A program made the translations under genes and the position numbers. The notes beneath the pieces are model-generated. The model was not told where the DNA came from and ran no database searches. It saw only the letters and a list, made by a program, of their open reading frames with translations. A stretch of 63,697 nt of DNA, filler included, from Choristocarpus tenellus KU-1152 (taxonomy: Eukaryota > Protista > Phaeophyceae), in the NCBI GenBank assembly GCA_964200185.2. It is 7 parts of 7 records of this genome, joined end to end, with 100 filler letters (N's around TTAATTAATTAA, not from the genome) between each part and the next. Parts side by side here need not be neighbours in the genome. Positions count along the whole stretch, not along the records: positions 13,557 to 20,804 come from CAXNAD020006467.1; positions 20,905 to 33,563 come from CAXNAD020001750.1; 5 more parts are not named here. One strand, 5' to 3'. This document shows positions 13,557-24,946 of this stretch, piece after piece. Each line of letters starts with the position of its first letter. The first letter of the stretch is position 1.

Positions 13557-15599
13557 CTCTTTTTGTTTTTTTTTTACGCAGACCAATCACACGCTTCTCC
13601 TGACTGGCCTCGTCCACGAACACCTGAAAGTACTTCATGCCCGTCACGTCCGGGTTGAAGGGTTCCTCCAGGTCTGTGTGCACCACCTTCCCCAACGTCA
13701 TGGGGCTGCCGCCCGACCCGTAGGTAACTGAGTGCCTTGGACCTGCACTCCTTGCATACCTGGCAGTGGAGCTTTGAGACGACTGTGGCATCTGCGATGT
13801 CCAGGAGGCCGCGTTTCTCCAGGTGCTTGATCGCGAATGGGTTGAGGTGACCCATGATACTGTGCCAGTCGGAGAGGGAGAGGCACTGCTGCTTATTGGT
13901 GTAGTAGCATTGATCGTTGCCTGACCCTTCTTCCCCTTTTTTTCCTGAAACTGAGCCGCATCAGGAAGGCTCCCTTCTCCTCGCGAACTCACCCCCCTTG
14001 TGCCGCGCGCTTCCTGTGCTGAGAAGCCTGCATGGCAGACCTGGTACCCAGAGCACAGCCTGGAGCACAATTGTGGTCGGCGTGCCCGTCTCGTCAGTTG
14101 CCTCTAGGACCATCTCCCCGGTTGCTCGTGCGTCCAGTGTACCTTTGTTTCCAAAGGTGCAGGTGCCAGTGATTGCTGTTGTTGCAGTAAAGTCCTGCAG
14201 TTGAGGAGTGAGGTGCACGTTTGTACCCGAGTCGCACAATAGGCTGATGGTCTTGGACAGATCTTGAGATGAGGACAGGAGCGCCGCCTCGACCATCCTG
14301 TTGTACACACGTCTTCCCCAACAAACACGTTCATGGCCAGGAACACCCACGATGAGCCCTGGCGATCAGCCTTGCCACCGCTTCCACTGCAGCTGCTCCG
14401 GTCTCTGGCTGGTAGTGGTGGGAATTTGCGCGCCGCCCCAAGCCCGTGGAGGCGCTTAGCTGGAGGTTACCACCTATGTAAGAGTGGCACTCCTTCCACC
14501 TATAGTTGTGCTTGAGACAAAAAGTACATTGTTTGGCACCGAGGCTGCTCCCGGACCCCTGTTTCCCTGTCTGTGTCCCTGCACCGGCTTGGAACGCCAT
14601 AGCCCCCGAGCTCCTATTCGTTTCCCCTGTGACCTCCGTCATCATATACGAAGAGGACAAGATGATGTCTGTTTTGAGGTGGTCGTAGGTGAGGTCCAGT
14701 GCTGTGGACAGCTAGCTGCGCAAACACCTGTGGTATGCTGTCCCTGATGCCGATAATCAGAGCCTCCCCCCCTTCTTGGCGTGGTCCTTCCTCGTTGGCC
14801 ACCTCCAGCCGTTCATTCTCCGTCCAGACGTGATCGAGACGGATGACCACCGATGAGCAGTACATGTCCCACAGCTACATCCCGAGAGCTACGAGCTGCA
14901 TGGGTCGCTGGACCGCAGTGCGCCCCCCATAAATCTACTCCAGCTCGAGCCAGGCTGCCCTCGTGTCGGGGCTGCCATTGTTTTCGTGGGTTCTGACCAT
15001 TGCTGCGGCGGCCCCCCTCGTGGCCTGGCCCAGCTGGAACCACAATGCCTCGCGATGCTTGATGTACTCGTCGTACGCGCTGCAGTCCCCAAACGATGTA
15101 TTCGCCATAGGAGATGCAGGGATGTGGTACGCCGGTTGGGGGATGGATGCAGTACAGTCCCTTGCCACCCGTATAGTTAGCTCACCAGTGCCATCCACGA
15201 TTCTGCCCACTTCTCCTTTGTGTGCCCCTGCGCGCCACTCCATAGTGGCAGCTTACATGGGTCTGCTTGCGATACCTGTGAGGCTCATATAACCTGTGCA
15301 AAAAGAGCTGTTCGGATAGAGTTTTCTTTTTTTGGTATGGATTAATTAGCGGAGTGAGCACCATCTCTCGAGGTGGGGGGAATCTCTGCCTCATTATCTA
15401 TTGCAAACGTCAGCAGACACGTACGGCAGAACCTGTCTGCGTCAGTCGCACTGCGTCAGTTGCAGCTGCGTCAGTCGTACAACTTAACTCCTTCTGCGTC
15501 AGTCGTAGCTGTGTCTGTCGTCCTTCGTCTGTCGTAGCAGCGTCTTTCGTAGCAGAGTCTGTCGTAGCTGCGTCTGTCGTCTTGCATTAGCCACTTACA
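13557..15599 (-). mobile_element. Ty1/copia LTR retrotransposon family A, copy 1 (5' LTR, gag, protease, GAG-pre-integrase, start of integrase); degenerate, truncated by gap
   Basis: LTR 15599-15295 with TG...CA ends, followed by the PBS-like GGTTATATGAGCC. Zinc-knuckle-like CTFCLKHNYRWKEC, protease LCDSGTNVHL, pre-integrase WHSIMGHLNP...HCQVC and integrase VHTDLEEPF...YFQVFVDEAS. The PR-IN order is copia. Several frameshifts. Confidence 0.9.
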
Positions 15600-15751
15600 T
15601 TAAACAGAGAGAAACCAACCCGTTGATATTAGAACCTATTACTCTGGGCGTGCATAGAGAAGTGATTGGAAATTAAGTGTAGAAAATTAGCTGTTTGAGT
15701 AAAGTTTTGCTTTATGTGTTATGAATGAATGAATTAGCGTAGTGAGCACCA

Positions 15752-18376
15752 TGTGCAATTTACCTTGGGAAGTAATGAAGGGTATTTATCAGTAGTGAAG
15801 ACAAGGAGGTGTGAAGCCTTACACGGTTCCCCATTGCTGAATGTGATTGATTACATGTTTGAAATTAGAAGAGTGAGCTATGTGGGGTTTCTTCTCATTG
15901 CTTGTTTTATTATTATTCGTGTCTCATACATATGTCAACGTTTATGTCAAAGTAGTTGAATGCAGAATAAAAAGGCATTCATATTCCCCCTCATAATCTG
16001 GATGTACTATCTCATTAGTTACATCTCATACAGAAAAGAAGGTACACCTCACTATTTTCCTATTTTGCACATTCCCCTATGAGAGTGCAGGAAATGAAGG
16101 GTTGCTAGAACTCTCAAACCTAATACTTCTTATTGTGCACACTCCCCCATGAGAGTGCAGGAAATGAAGGGTTGCTGGAACTCTCAAACCTAATACTTCT
16201 TATTGTGCACACTCCCCCATGAGAGTGGAAGTGAAAGAAGATTGGTTCAACTCTCGCACCCATAACATTCATCCTGTCAACACAGTAAAAGAACACTGCT
16301 TGAACTCTAATGTACGTCATTCATGAAGTCAACACAGTATCTACGAATTCTTGTACCTTCTTTAGATGTACCAACACAGTGATGTACAATCGTGCCCCAT
16401 GATGATCCCTCGCGTAGTTTATGGTTAAAATTCGAACCAGCCCCCTTCTGCTGTTTCTCTTGTTGGATGTAGCACTCACTCCCCCAGGTTTGAAGCCTAT
16501 CATAATTGAATGTTTTGTATATCCTCTCTTGAGTGAAGTCCTGTGCTACCAACCTGGCCTTGAACTGTTCAATGGTCCCCTCACCTGTTGCTTTATCTTG
16601 AATTCAGAGTCTTGACAGGATTTCTTCCCCATGTCAAAACCTTTCCCTCTATGAATGTTCCCTTCATCCATTGTTGCTCGATCTTCTCCATTGCCGCTTG
16701 CCATTCTCGCGTGTCAGGCCCTGTGAGTGCCTCTGATATAGAAGATCGTTCTTGATGGTCTGGAGTAGATATTATTTACCTCCCAGACTTATAGGTCTTG
16801 TGCAGGCAGTCATTTGCTGACAACTTTCCTTGCTAGGCGCCTCTGATATGGAAGATGGTTCTTGATGGTCTGGAGTAGATATTATTTACTTCCCAGACTT
16901 ACAAGCCTTGTGCAGGCAGTCCTTTCCTGATAACCTTCCTCTGTTTTTCTTTTCTGGCTCTAACCCTGGTCCAGCTAATTCCTCCGCCTGTTTAGACAGC
17001 GTTGTCCTACTCAGATAAACGAGTCCTTTACTTCCACAGTTGTAGCATATTCCTTCAAAAGAACAAGGACCAATATGCTTGATCAGTCCCCAGTTTCAAC
17101 ATCTTCTGTTGGTCCTGATCTCGTCTCTGGTAGGGGATCTTGTTGTAATATGGTCCGTACGTTGACCAGTTTTACCTTGGGCACCTCCTCCACTGACCTT
17201 CTGTGTTCTCTTCCACGAGTTTATGCTCCCAGCGACTAGAGTGCTCTCAGACTCCCCATGGTTAGTTCCTCCTTTCCCTTCTGTTGAAGGCTTAGTTACT
17301 GCTCCTGATAATGTCCTGCTCCCCTAGTGGCAGGTACAGCAATTGCTTTTCTCATTCCGTAAGGAAGAGTCTTGGGGACTCCAATCGATGGGCATGCCCC
17401 CTCAGGGACAAGTGTTGTGACGACTGTTCCAGGTTTGCAGCTCCGACTGCATTGCCTCGGTTATATCCGTCATCTTGTCACAGGGTCCCAGTGCTCAATA
17501 TTCGGTATGGCATACCAGGTACCCAAAGTATCCATCCCCCTTGACCTCCAGGTCTTGCTCGTTATCGATCGTACCATATTTGCCGAAGTCTCCTTAGCTT
17601 CCCATTCTTGCCGAAGGTGCAAGTCTACTTTGTTGGTATGACGACGATAAGACTATTGCCCATTTCAGCTTCCTGTAGCTTACATCGGGTCTTGTCATGA
17701 GCTGCACGGGGATCTAGTGCTCCGCGCATCCTCTGTTGAGCTGCACGGGGATCTCATCCTCTGTGCATCCTTTGTTGAGGTGCACAGGAATCTCGTCCTC
17801 CGCGCATCCTTCATTGATTCCTCTTTCGTAGTTCCAGTGCGATGTTCGTTCCTGTTCCGAGAGTGTCTCTGTGAGTTGAGGATGACGTATTTTCGCCGCA
17901 CAATGTCTTACAGTCCCTTTCGCTGGAATAAACCACCAGAGATAATCTCCATGTTATCCAAATCTCCACTAGTCGTGCTAGTGCTTCAGTCCAGTTGGGC
18001 AACTTCTTCATGTTGTTGAGGCCAATCATCTGCTCCTTTTCTCCATACTACTAAGGCCATAACCCTTGCAATTTACCGTGGGAAGTAATGCTATTTGTCA
18101 GTAGTGAAGACAAGGTGTGAAGACTCACACGGTTCCCCATTGCTGAATGTGATTACATGGTTGAAATTAGAAGATTGACCTTTGTGTGGGGTGTCTTCTC
18201 ATTGCTTGTTTTATTATTATTTGTGTCCCATACATAAGTCAACGGTTGTGTCAAAGTAGTTGAATGCAGAATAAGAACCCATACATATTCCCATTCATAA
18301 TTTGAATGTACTATCTCATTAGTTACATCTCTCATACACAAAATAAGGTACACTTTCTATTTTCCTATTTTGCAGA
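15752..18376 (-). mobile_element. Ty1/copia family B, internally deleted non-autonomous element with both LTRs
   Basis: Direct repeats of about 315 bp at 15752-16071 and ~18065-18376. 5-bp target duplication CACCA/TACCA. PBS-like GGTTATGGCCT at 18064-18054 and PPT-like AGGGGAA abutting the 3' LTR. Gag knuckle remnant (ICYNCGSKG) near 17030-17050 and integrase C-terminal remnant (LQTWGSECY) near 16470-16500. No RT or RNase H seen. Confidence 0.88.
16070..16228. repeat. 70-bp tandem repeat x ~2.3 next to the family B 3' LTR
   Basis: Unit CACTCCCCCATGAGAGTGCAGGAAATGAAGGG...TTATTGTGCA repeats at ~16070, 16140 and 16210. Confidence 0.9.
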
Positions 18377-18583
18377 TACCATCCCTCGAGATTTGGGGGT
18401 GCTCTGCCTCGTTCGTTATCTATTGTGAACATCAGCAGACACGTCAGAACGTGTCTGTCTCAATCGCACTACGTCAGTCATCCTGCGTCTGCCATTAACA
18501 TTGAGATTTAAACCTATTACTCTGGGCGTAAGGAAACAAAAGATTGAAAATTAAGCCACTCAAACAATATTTTTGCTAAATGC

Positions 18584-18912
18584 TACTGGTTACCAAAAAC
18601 ATAAGAAACCTATAGACTACCAGCCTATATTCCACAAGTATCACCTATATTCCATAAGTACCATTCCTCGAGGTGGGGGGGTGCTCTGCCTCGTTATCTA
18701 TTGTGCATGTCAGCAGAAACGTCAGAACGTGTCTGTGTAAGTCGCACTGCGTCACTCGTTCGGCGTCAGTCGTGGCTACATCAGCCGTCCTGCGTCAGCC
18801 ACTTACATTAAACAAAGAGAAACCAGCCCGTCGAGATTCGAACCTATTACTCTGGGCGTACAGTGCAATATAGGCTGATAGTCTATAGGTCTTACGTGCT
18901 TAGTAACCAGTA
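18584..18912. mobile_element. Inverted-repeat-bounded element enclosing a partial family A LTR
   Basis: 18584-18632 (TACTGGTTAC…CCTATAGACTACCAGCCTATATT) is the imperfect reverse complement of ~18866-18912. The interior (~18659-18860) is an LTR fragment plus its flank. Confidence 0.55.
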
Positions 18913-19026
18913 TTATGTAACAGAAAGTATACTGATTGGATTAATTGTCAACGAACTGTTTCCGTAAACGCTTAGATTAATTAATAGGTTCGAATCTCGA
19001 TGGGTTGATTTCTTCTTGTTGCTTAA

Positions 19027-20804
19027 TGTAAAGTACCTGACGCAGGACGACTGAAGCAGCAACGACTGACGCAGAACGAGTGACGTAGTACTAGTGATGC
19101 AGAACGAATGACGTAGAGCTACTGACACAGACACGTTCTGACTTGTCTGCTCACGTGCACAATAGATAGATAACGAGGCACAGCACCCTCCACCTAGAGG
19201 GATGGTGCTCACTCCGCTAATAAATTCATTCATACCACATAAAGCAATACCTCTATTTGAACAGCTCTTTTCGCACAGATTATGAGCCTCACAGGTATGG
19301 AAGCGGATCCACGTAAGCTGCCACTATGGAGTGGCTCGCGAGGGCATACAAAGGAGAAGTGGGCAGATTGCGGATGGCACTGGTGAGTTATGCAGGCGGG
19401 GGGGACTGTACCGTATCCTGCAACCAGCATACCACATCCTTGCACTTCCTACGGCTGATACATCGTTTGGGGAACGCAGCGCGTACGAGCAGTACGTCAA
19501 GCATAGCGTGGTCATATGGTTCCTGCTGGGCCAGGCCACGAGCGAGGCTGCAGCGTGGTGGTCAGACAGAACCCACGAAAACAACGGCAGCCTCGACGGG
19601 AGGGCAGCCTGGCTCGAGTTGGACCAGACCTATGGGGGGCGCGCTGCGGTCCAGCGGCCCATGCAGCTCATAGTTCTCGGGACGCAGCTGTGGGACATGT
19701 ACTGCTCGTCGGTGGAGTACCCTGCCGACTTCGTCATCCGTCTCGATCACGTCTAGACGAAGTACGATAAGCTGCAGGCGGTCAAGGAGGACCACGCCAA
19801 GAAGGGGGCTCTGATCATCGGCATCAGGGACAACATGCCATATGACTTTGCACAGCTGTCCACAGCTCCAGACCTCACCTACGACCAACTCAAAAACGCC
19901 ATCATCTCGTCCTCGTCATATATGACCACGGAGGTCACGTGCGAAACGACTAGGAAGGAGCTCGGGGGCTATGGCGCTGCACACAGGTGCAGGGAGGGAC
20001 ACAGACAGGGAAACAGGGGTCCGGGAGTGGCCTCGGTTCGAACCAATGTGCTTTCTGTCTCAAATTGAACCACACATGGAAAGAATATCACTCGTACTTG
20101 GCCGGCAAACCTCCTGCTGCTAAGCGCTTCCATGGGCTAGGGGCGGGGCGCAAATTTCCATTACCAACCAACCAGGGACCGGAGCAGTGGTGGCGGAGGC
20201 TGCGGCAAGGCTGATCAACAGGGCTCATCGCGGGCATTCCTGGCCATGAACGTGTCTGTAGGAGAGGACGTGTAAAACAGGATGGTCGACGCAGCGCTCC
20301 TGTCCTCATCTCAAGATCTGTCCTAGACCATCAGCCCACTGTGCGACTCGGGTGCAAACGTGCACCTCACCCCCCAACTGTAGGACCTCACTGCAGCTGC
20401 AGCTATCACTGACACTTGCAACTTTGTAAACAAAGGTGCACTGAACGCACGAGCAACCGGCGAGATGGTTCTGGAGGCGACTGACGAGACGGGCACGCCG
20501 ACCTTGTGCTCCAGGCTGTGCTCTTGGTACCGGGTCTGCCATGCAGACTTCTCAGCAGCGTGCGACACAAGGGAGGTGAGTTCGTGGACTCAGGGATCAG
20601 GAGGAGCTACATGCAGTCCAACAAGGGGGCAGCCAAGATCTATCTGGAGGAGAAGGGAGCCATCCTGATGCTGCGGGCCAAGTTTCAAGCGAAAAAGGGG
20701 GCCAGGCAACGGTCAATGCTAGCTACGCCAATAAGCAGCAGTGCCTCTCCCTCTCCAACTGGCACAACATCATGGGTCACCTCAACCCATTCGCGATCAT
20801 GCAC
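19027..20804 (+). mobile_element. Ty1/copia family A, copy 2 (5' LTR, gag, protease, pre-integrase start); degenerate, truncated by gap
   Basis: LTR 19027-19278 (TG...CA) and PBS-like GATTATGAGCC. Colinear with copy 1 in the opposite orientation: CAFCLKLNHTWKEY, LCDSGANVHL, WHNIMGHLNP. Stops and frameshifts present. Confidence 0.9.
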
Positions 20805-20904
20805 NNNNNNNNNNNNNNNNNNNNNNNNNNNNNNNNNNNNNNNNNNNNTTAATTAATTAANNNNNNNNNNNNNNNNNNNNNNNNNNNNNNNNNNNNNNNN
20901 NNNN
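20805..20904. other. Artificial contig spacer 2
   Basis: 44 N + TTAATTAATTAA + 44 N. Confidence 0.98.
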
Positions 20905-23900
20905 TTTTTTTTTTGTTGTTGTTGTGGGTAGTTTCACAGTTGCTTTTATGCCCCCCCCCCCCCCCCTCCGTGTATGCCCACTGCTGTACTGCTGTCCTTG
21001 CGTTGTATTTGTAGGTGAAGGGTATTGTTATCGTTTGGGTGGGTGCTTATTATGCCCATCGCCTAATGTGAATGAATAGTGCTTTGGGGTAGAGTGTAGA
21101 TGTGTGCGGAGGTGCTTGGGTTGGAGTGGAGTGTGGTATGATTGTTTAAAATAGTGTTTGGTACATGTTGCTAGTCTTTGTTGATAAGAGGGAAAACTGT
21201 TGAAGTAATTTGAACCCTATGTTGGAGAAGTGAAAGGACAGGTCTCTAATGGAGTTCCAGATATTGCAATGGCGTTTTTGCAGGGGAAAGCCCGTCGTCC
21301 TTGGTTTCTTTTTTTGATTATCAAACAGGCACAACAGGATGAGTGTATGTTTTTCAATCATAATCAGGAAAAACTCCCCCCTTCCCTTTTTACCACTATC
21401 CTCCCCCTCCTCCCCCCCCCCCCATCCGATGATAACTATGGCTTATTAAAGATGGGAAGGTTTGTCTGTCCCTGCTGGGTACTTGGAATGGTGAGAAGGC
21501 CGAAAGTTGGAACGTCCAGACATCAACACTCCTGCAAGTGCTGGTATCGATTCAATCCCTCATCCTGGTTCCACAACCCTTCTTCAATGAGGTGAGAATG
21601 TGACCTTTAGGGATGTAAGTAGAGGTCCAAGGTATGGCAGGCTCCTTCCTGTCTTTTGGGGTTAAATCAGAGAGAACTACAGAGTATATTCAGCAGGGTG
21701 GTTGGAGGTTCAGTATGGTAATACGAGGTTCTTCGGAGTATATAGATGACATTTCAAGGTATACCCTTCATATCTTTGACATTTTCTGGGACAGTCTAAT
21801 GGTAGCATCGTTCAAGCGCTGACTCTATTTTTATCTCTGAGTGGGAGAGCACTTTGTGCGTGTGTCCGATGGTGTAGTGATGGACTTGCATCTAATGAAA
21901 CGCCTGCTACATCATCCAATACCACGTGTACGTTGTGTTGTCTTGTGTTGTCTTGTGTTGTGATTAAGCGGCTGAGGTTTTATTTATTTTCTAGGGGGAG
22001 AGGGTTCGGCCTTGTTTAATTTTTTGCCCCAAGTTTGAAGGGATGAGATGAGGTCATACAACTGTACTGGAATTTGTATTTTTGGGCAGATCCACACCGT
22101 ACTGATTTATTTGTGACTAAATGAGGTACTAGGTCCGGGTTTAACATTTCAACCTCACCGTCATTAGGGTACTGTGCAGTCCTTTGATGTACAAAATTGT
22201 GACGAGATTGAGGGGTTGGGCAGGTTGCAGGATGACTATTAACAAAAACAGCCCTGTTCTTAATCATTGAATATTTAGGTAACGTTTTTATGAGGATTGT
22301 TGATTATTTCACTGGCGTGAATGAATGCCTTTGTTTTTGAAGTGTCCCCCTTGAAATCAAGCCCACCCATGAGGCATTTGGCCCACATCAAGCAAGGTAT
22401 CGCTGTTAGCTGGTCACTAGCAACATAAGGCTGACTATCCCGCAGGCAATTGACAACCTGCAAAAAGCTCAACTCTTAAAAAAACCCAACTAGTTTCATA
22501 GAATTTTTTTAGGAGTAGGTATATAGATAGAATGTGGTGAGAGGGCCTGTCCAACAAAGAGAAAAAGAGAACTTAGTGTAAGGAGAGCAGTCTAGTCCCA
22601 TTGAATACAAAATTCCTGAGTGAAATAAATGTTTGACTCTGTGAATTGAGTAGCTGGATTTTGATCTTACAAAAGGAGCTGAAAAAGAGGGTACCAGTAG
22701 AAAAAAACAATTCTCCTACCCCACATGATCCGGTTGAACTGACCCCTTCACCGCCCGCCTTCCATAATATTGTAGGTTTGTTGGTGTTGGTGACCGATTG
22801 ATTGTACATATTGATTGTACATATTGTTTGTATATATTGATTTACATATTGGTGCACCACACTGATGTTTTCCATGTTCGACGGCTGGATGGTCTTATCA
22901 TCGCCCCTGGTGGTGTATCTACACCCGATGCAACAACTACGTGTCACCTGTGAACTGCTTTTGCCACCAACCACAATGGAACACATGTTGCTGCTTGGCT
23001 GAACTACCTCAATAAATATATATACATACATCTGTACATGTGTGTGTGTGTGTGTGTGCAATTGCCTCTGCGAAGCCGGGCTATGAGCGTCAGTTAGGTG
23101 AGTTTAGGTGAAGGTGGTGTGTGTTATGTAGATGCTCTGGGGTGTAGATGCTCTGGGGTGTAGATGCTGTCGGGAAAAAGCAGAAGCATTTTTTAATGTC
23201 TTGTGTGTGTGGATAGTTGCTATTGCGCCCCTTCCTATGTGGAAACAAAGGGAGGTAGGAGTTGCGCTCGGGGCTAGGGTTAGGGAAAACAAGAAAAATG
23301 TGTATTGTGGAGAGTTCACATGGTATTGGGTGATCTGGGCATGGAGGAATTTTGTGGAGTCGGGGGAGGGGGGGGGGAGAGAGGGAGGCTGATTGTGGAG
23401 GTCAACAAGGTATTTTATATTCCTCTGTGTATTTGCTGTGTAATGCTTGGTAGACGTTAGGTTTTGTGTGTCCTGCTGATATATCGTACTTTTCTGGAAG
23501 CTTGAAATAGAAGTAACATGGTTGATTGTAGAAGAGATGTGTTTGGCAAGAGATGTGTTGTTGAAAATACACCTCCTATCTTTTACAGCAACGAACCAAA
23601 AGGGCACAGTGGTCGCTAGCTATATAGCCCGAAATGCCACCTGATTGCTTAAGTGCTTGACAGATTTCTGTTCCATGTTTACTGGCAGTGCAGCTGTATG
23701 TATGTTGTGCACAACCAACCTCCCAAAACGTACTCAACCGGGGTATACCTCTTTTGTTCCCTTTTTGGATTGACCTGCAACGAGCTGTACAAGATTGTGT
23801 CTCTGACAAATACTTGTCAAACTTCACTCAATTTTTATGCCCACTCTTCCCTCCCTTGCTGGCACATGGGTGCACTAGTACAAACGACATTGGTATGCTT

Positions 23901-23940
23901 TTATGGGAAATGCGAATGTCTGACTTGCTTCTTTCCTGCC

Positions 23941-24020
23941 ATACATACATACATACATACATACATACATACATACATACATACATACATACATACACAC
24001 ACACACATACACACATACAT
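23941..24020. repeat. (TACA)n/(CA)n microsatellite
   Basis: Read directly. Confidence 0.95.
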
Positions 24021-24099
24021 ATTTAAGGCACTGAGGAGGGTACTACTCATTCCAGGCAATACAATGATAAGCAGAGGGAAAACACAATACACCTGGGCA

Positions 24100-24908
24100 T
24101 GGTGGACATGTTGAAAAGACCGCTCAAGTCTTTCACACGGGTGATTGAGGCACACTTCTATCTCAGGCAAAGGTAAGAGTAGGCGTTATTGTTCTACACC
24201 TGAACTGGCGTTGCGTTCAACCGTCCGAATGGATTTTTCAGCTCGTCACTTGGGTACAAGATTTTTTTTTTGTCTCATTGTTAAGAATATGATTTTTATT
24301 CATGTGTAAAAGAGAATTCTGTAGGACGAACAATCAGTTGTTGGACTATTGTTCGATAACAGGATAATTGATAGGAAGGTTTCTGTTGAGTGGCCATGAG
24401 AATACTGTCAGGGTTATTATAGTACAACAACAAGAATCCTAGAAAGGGGAGGTTGTAGAAAGTAACACAGAATGAGTGAGTGAGCACGATAATATGAAGT
24501 GATAAGGTGATAAGGACCTCCCTTTTGGGCTTGCGTACTCACTCCTCGTTTCACCTTTCTTACTTCATGTACAACCTGTTCTATGCAATAAGGAATTAAT
24601 CGAGTCATTTACATACGCAAGTCTTGGGAACATAAATTTCTTTAACATAAATTTCTTTAACACTCATTTTCCCCGATTAGTATCAGCGCCTTCCCAGATC
24701 ATGCCAAATATCAGTTTGGGTTGTTTTGATATGGTTGTCCATTCAGGCTCCCCTTGGCTTACTGCATGCTGTATGTCTCCTTGGTAGGTACCTGACTGAC
24801 CTAGTGGACAGATACATTGACGAGGCAAGGAACTCCCCAGGAGCATCAAGGGGGCACCTGGAACGATTGGAAAGACTGTCCGTAGAGGTAGGTTAGACTT
24901 TCTGTTAT

Positions 24909-24946
<38 letters not shown>

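Larger units (their letters stand above)
15678..18500 (-). mobile_element. Family A LTR split in two (15678-15751 and 18377-18500) by the family B insertion
   Basis: The two halves join into a copy of the 15295-15599 LTR (…GTGAGCACCA | TCCCTCGAG…). Confidence 0.8.

Noticed and set aside
23653-24170. ORFs with HTYI/YVCM repeats
   Set aside because: They are microsatellite translation artefacts.
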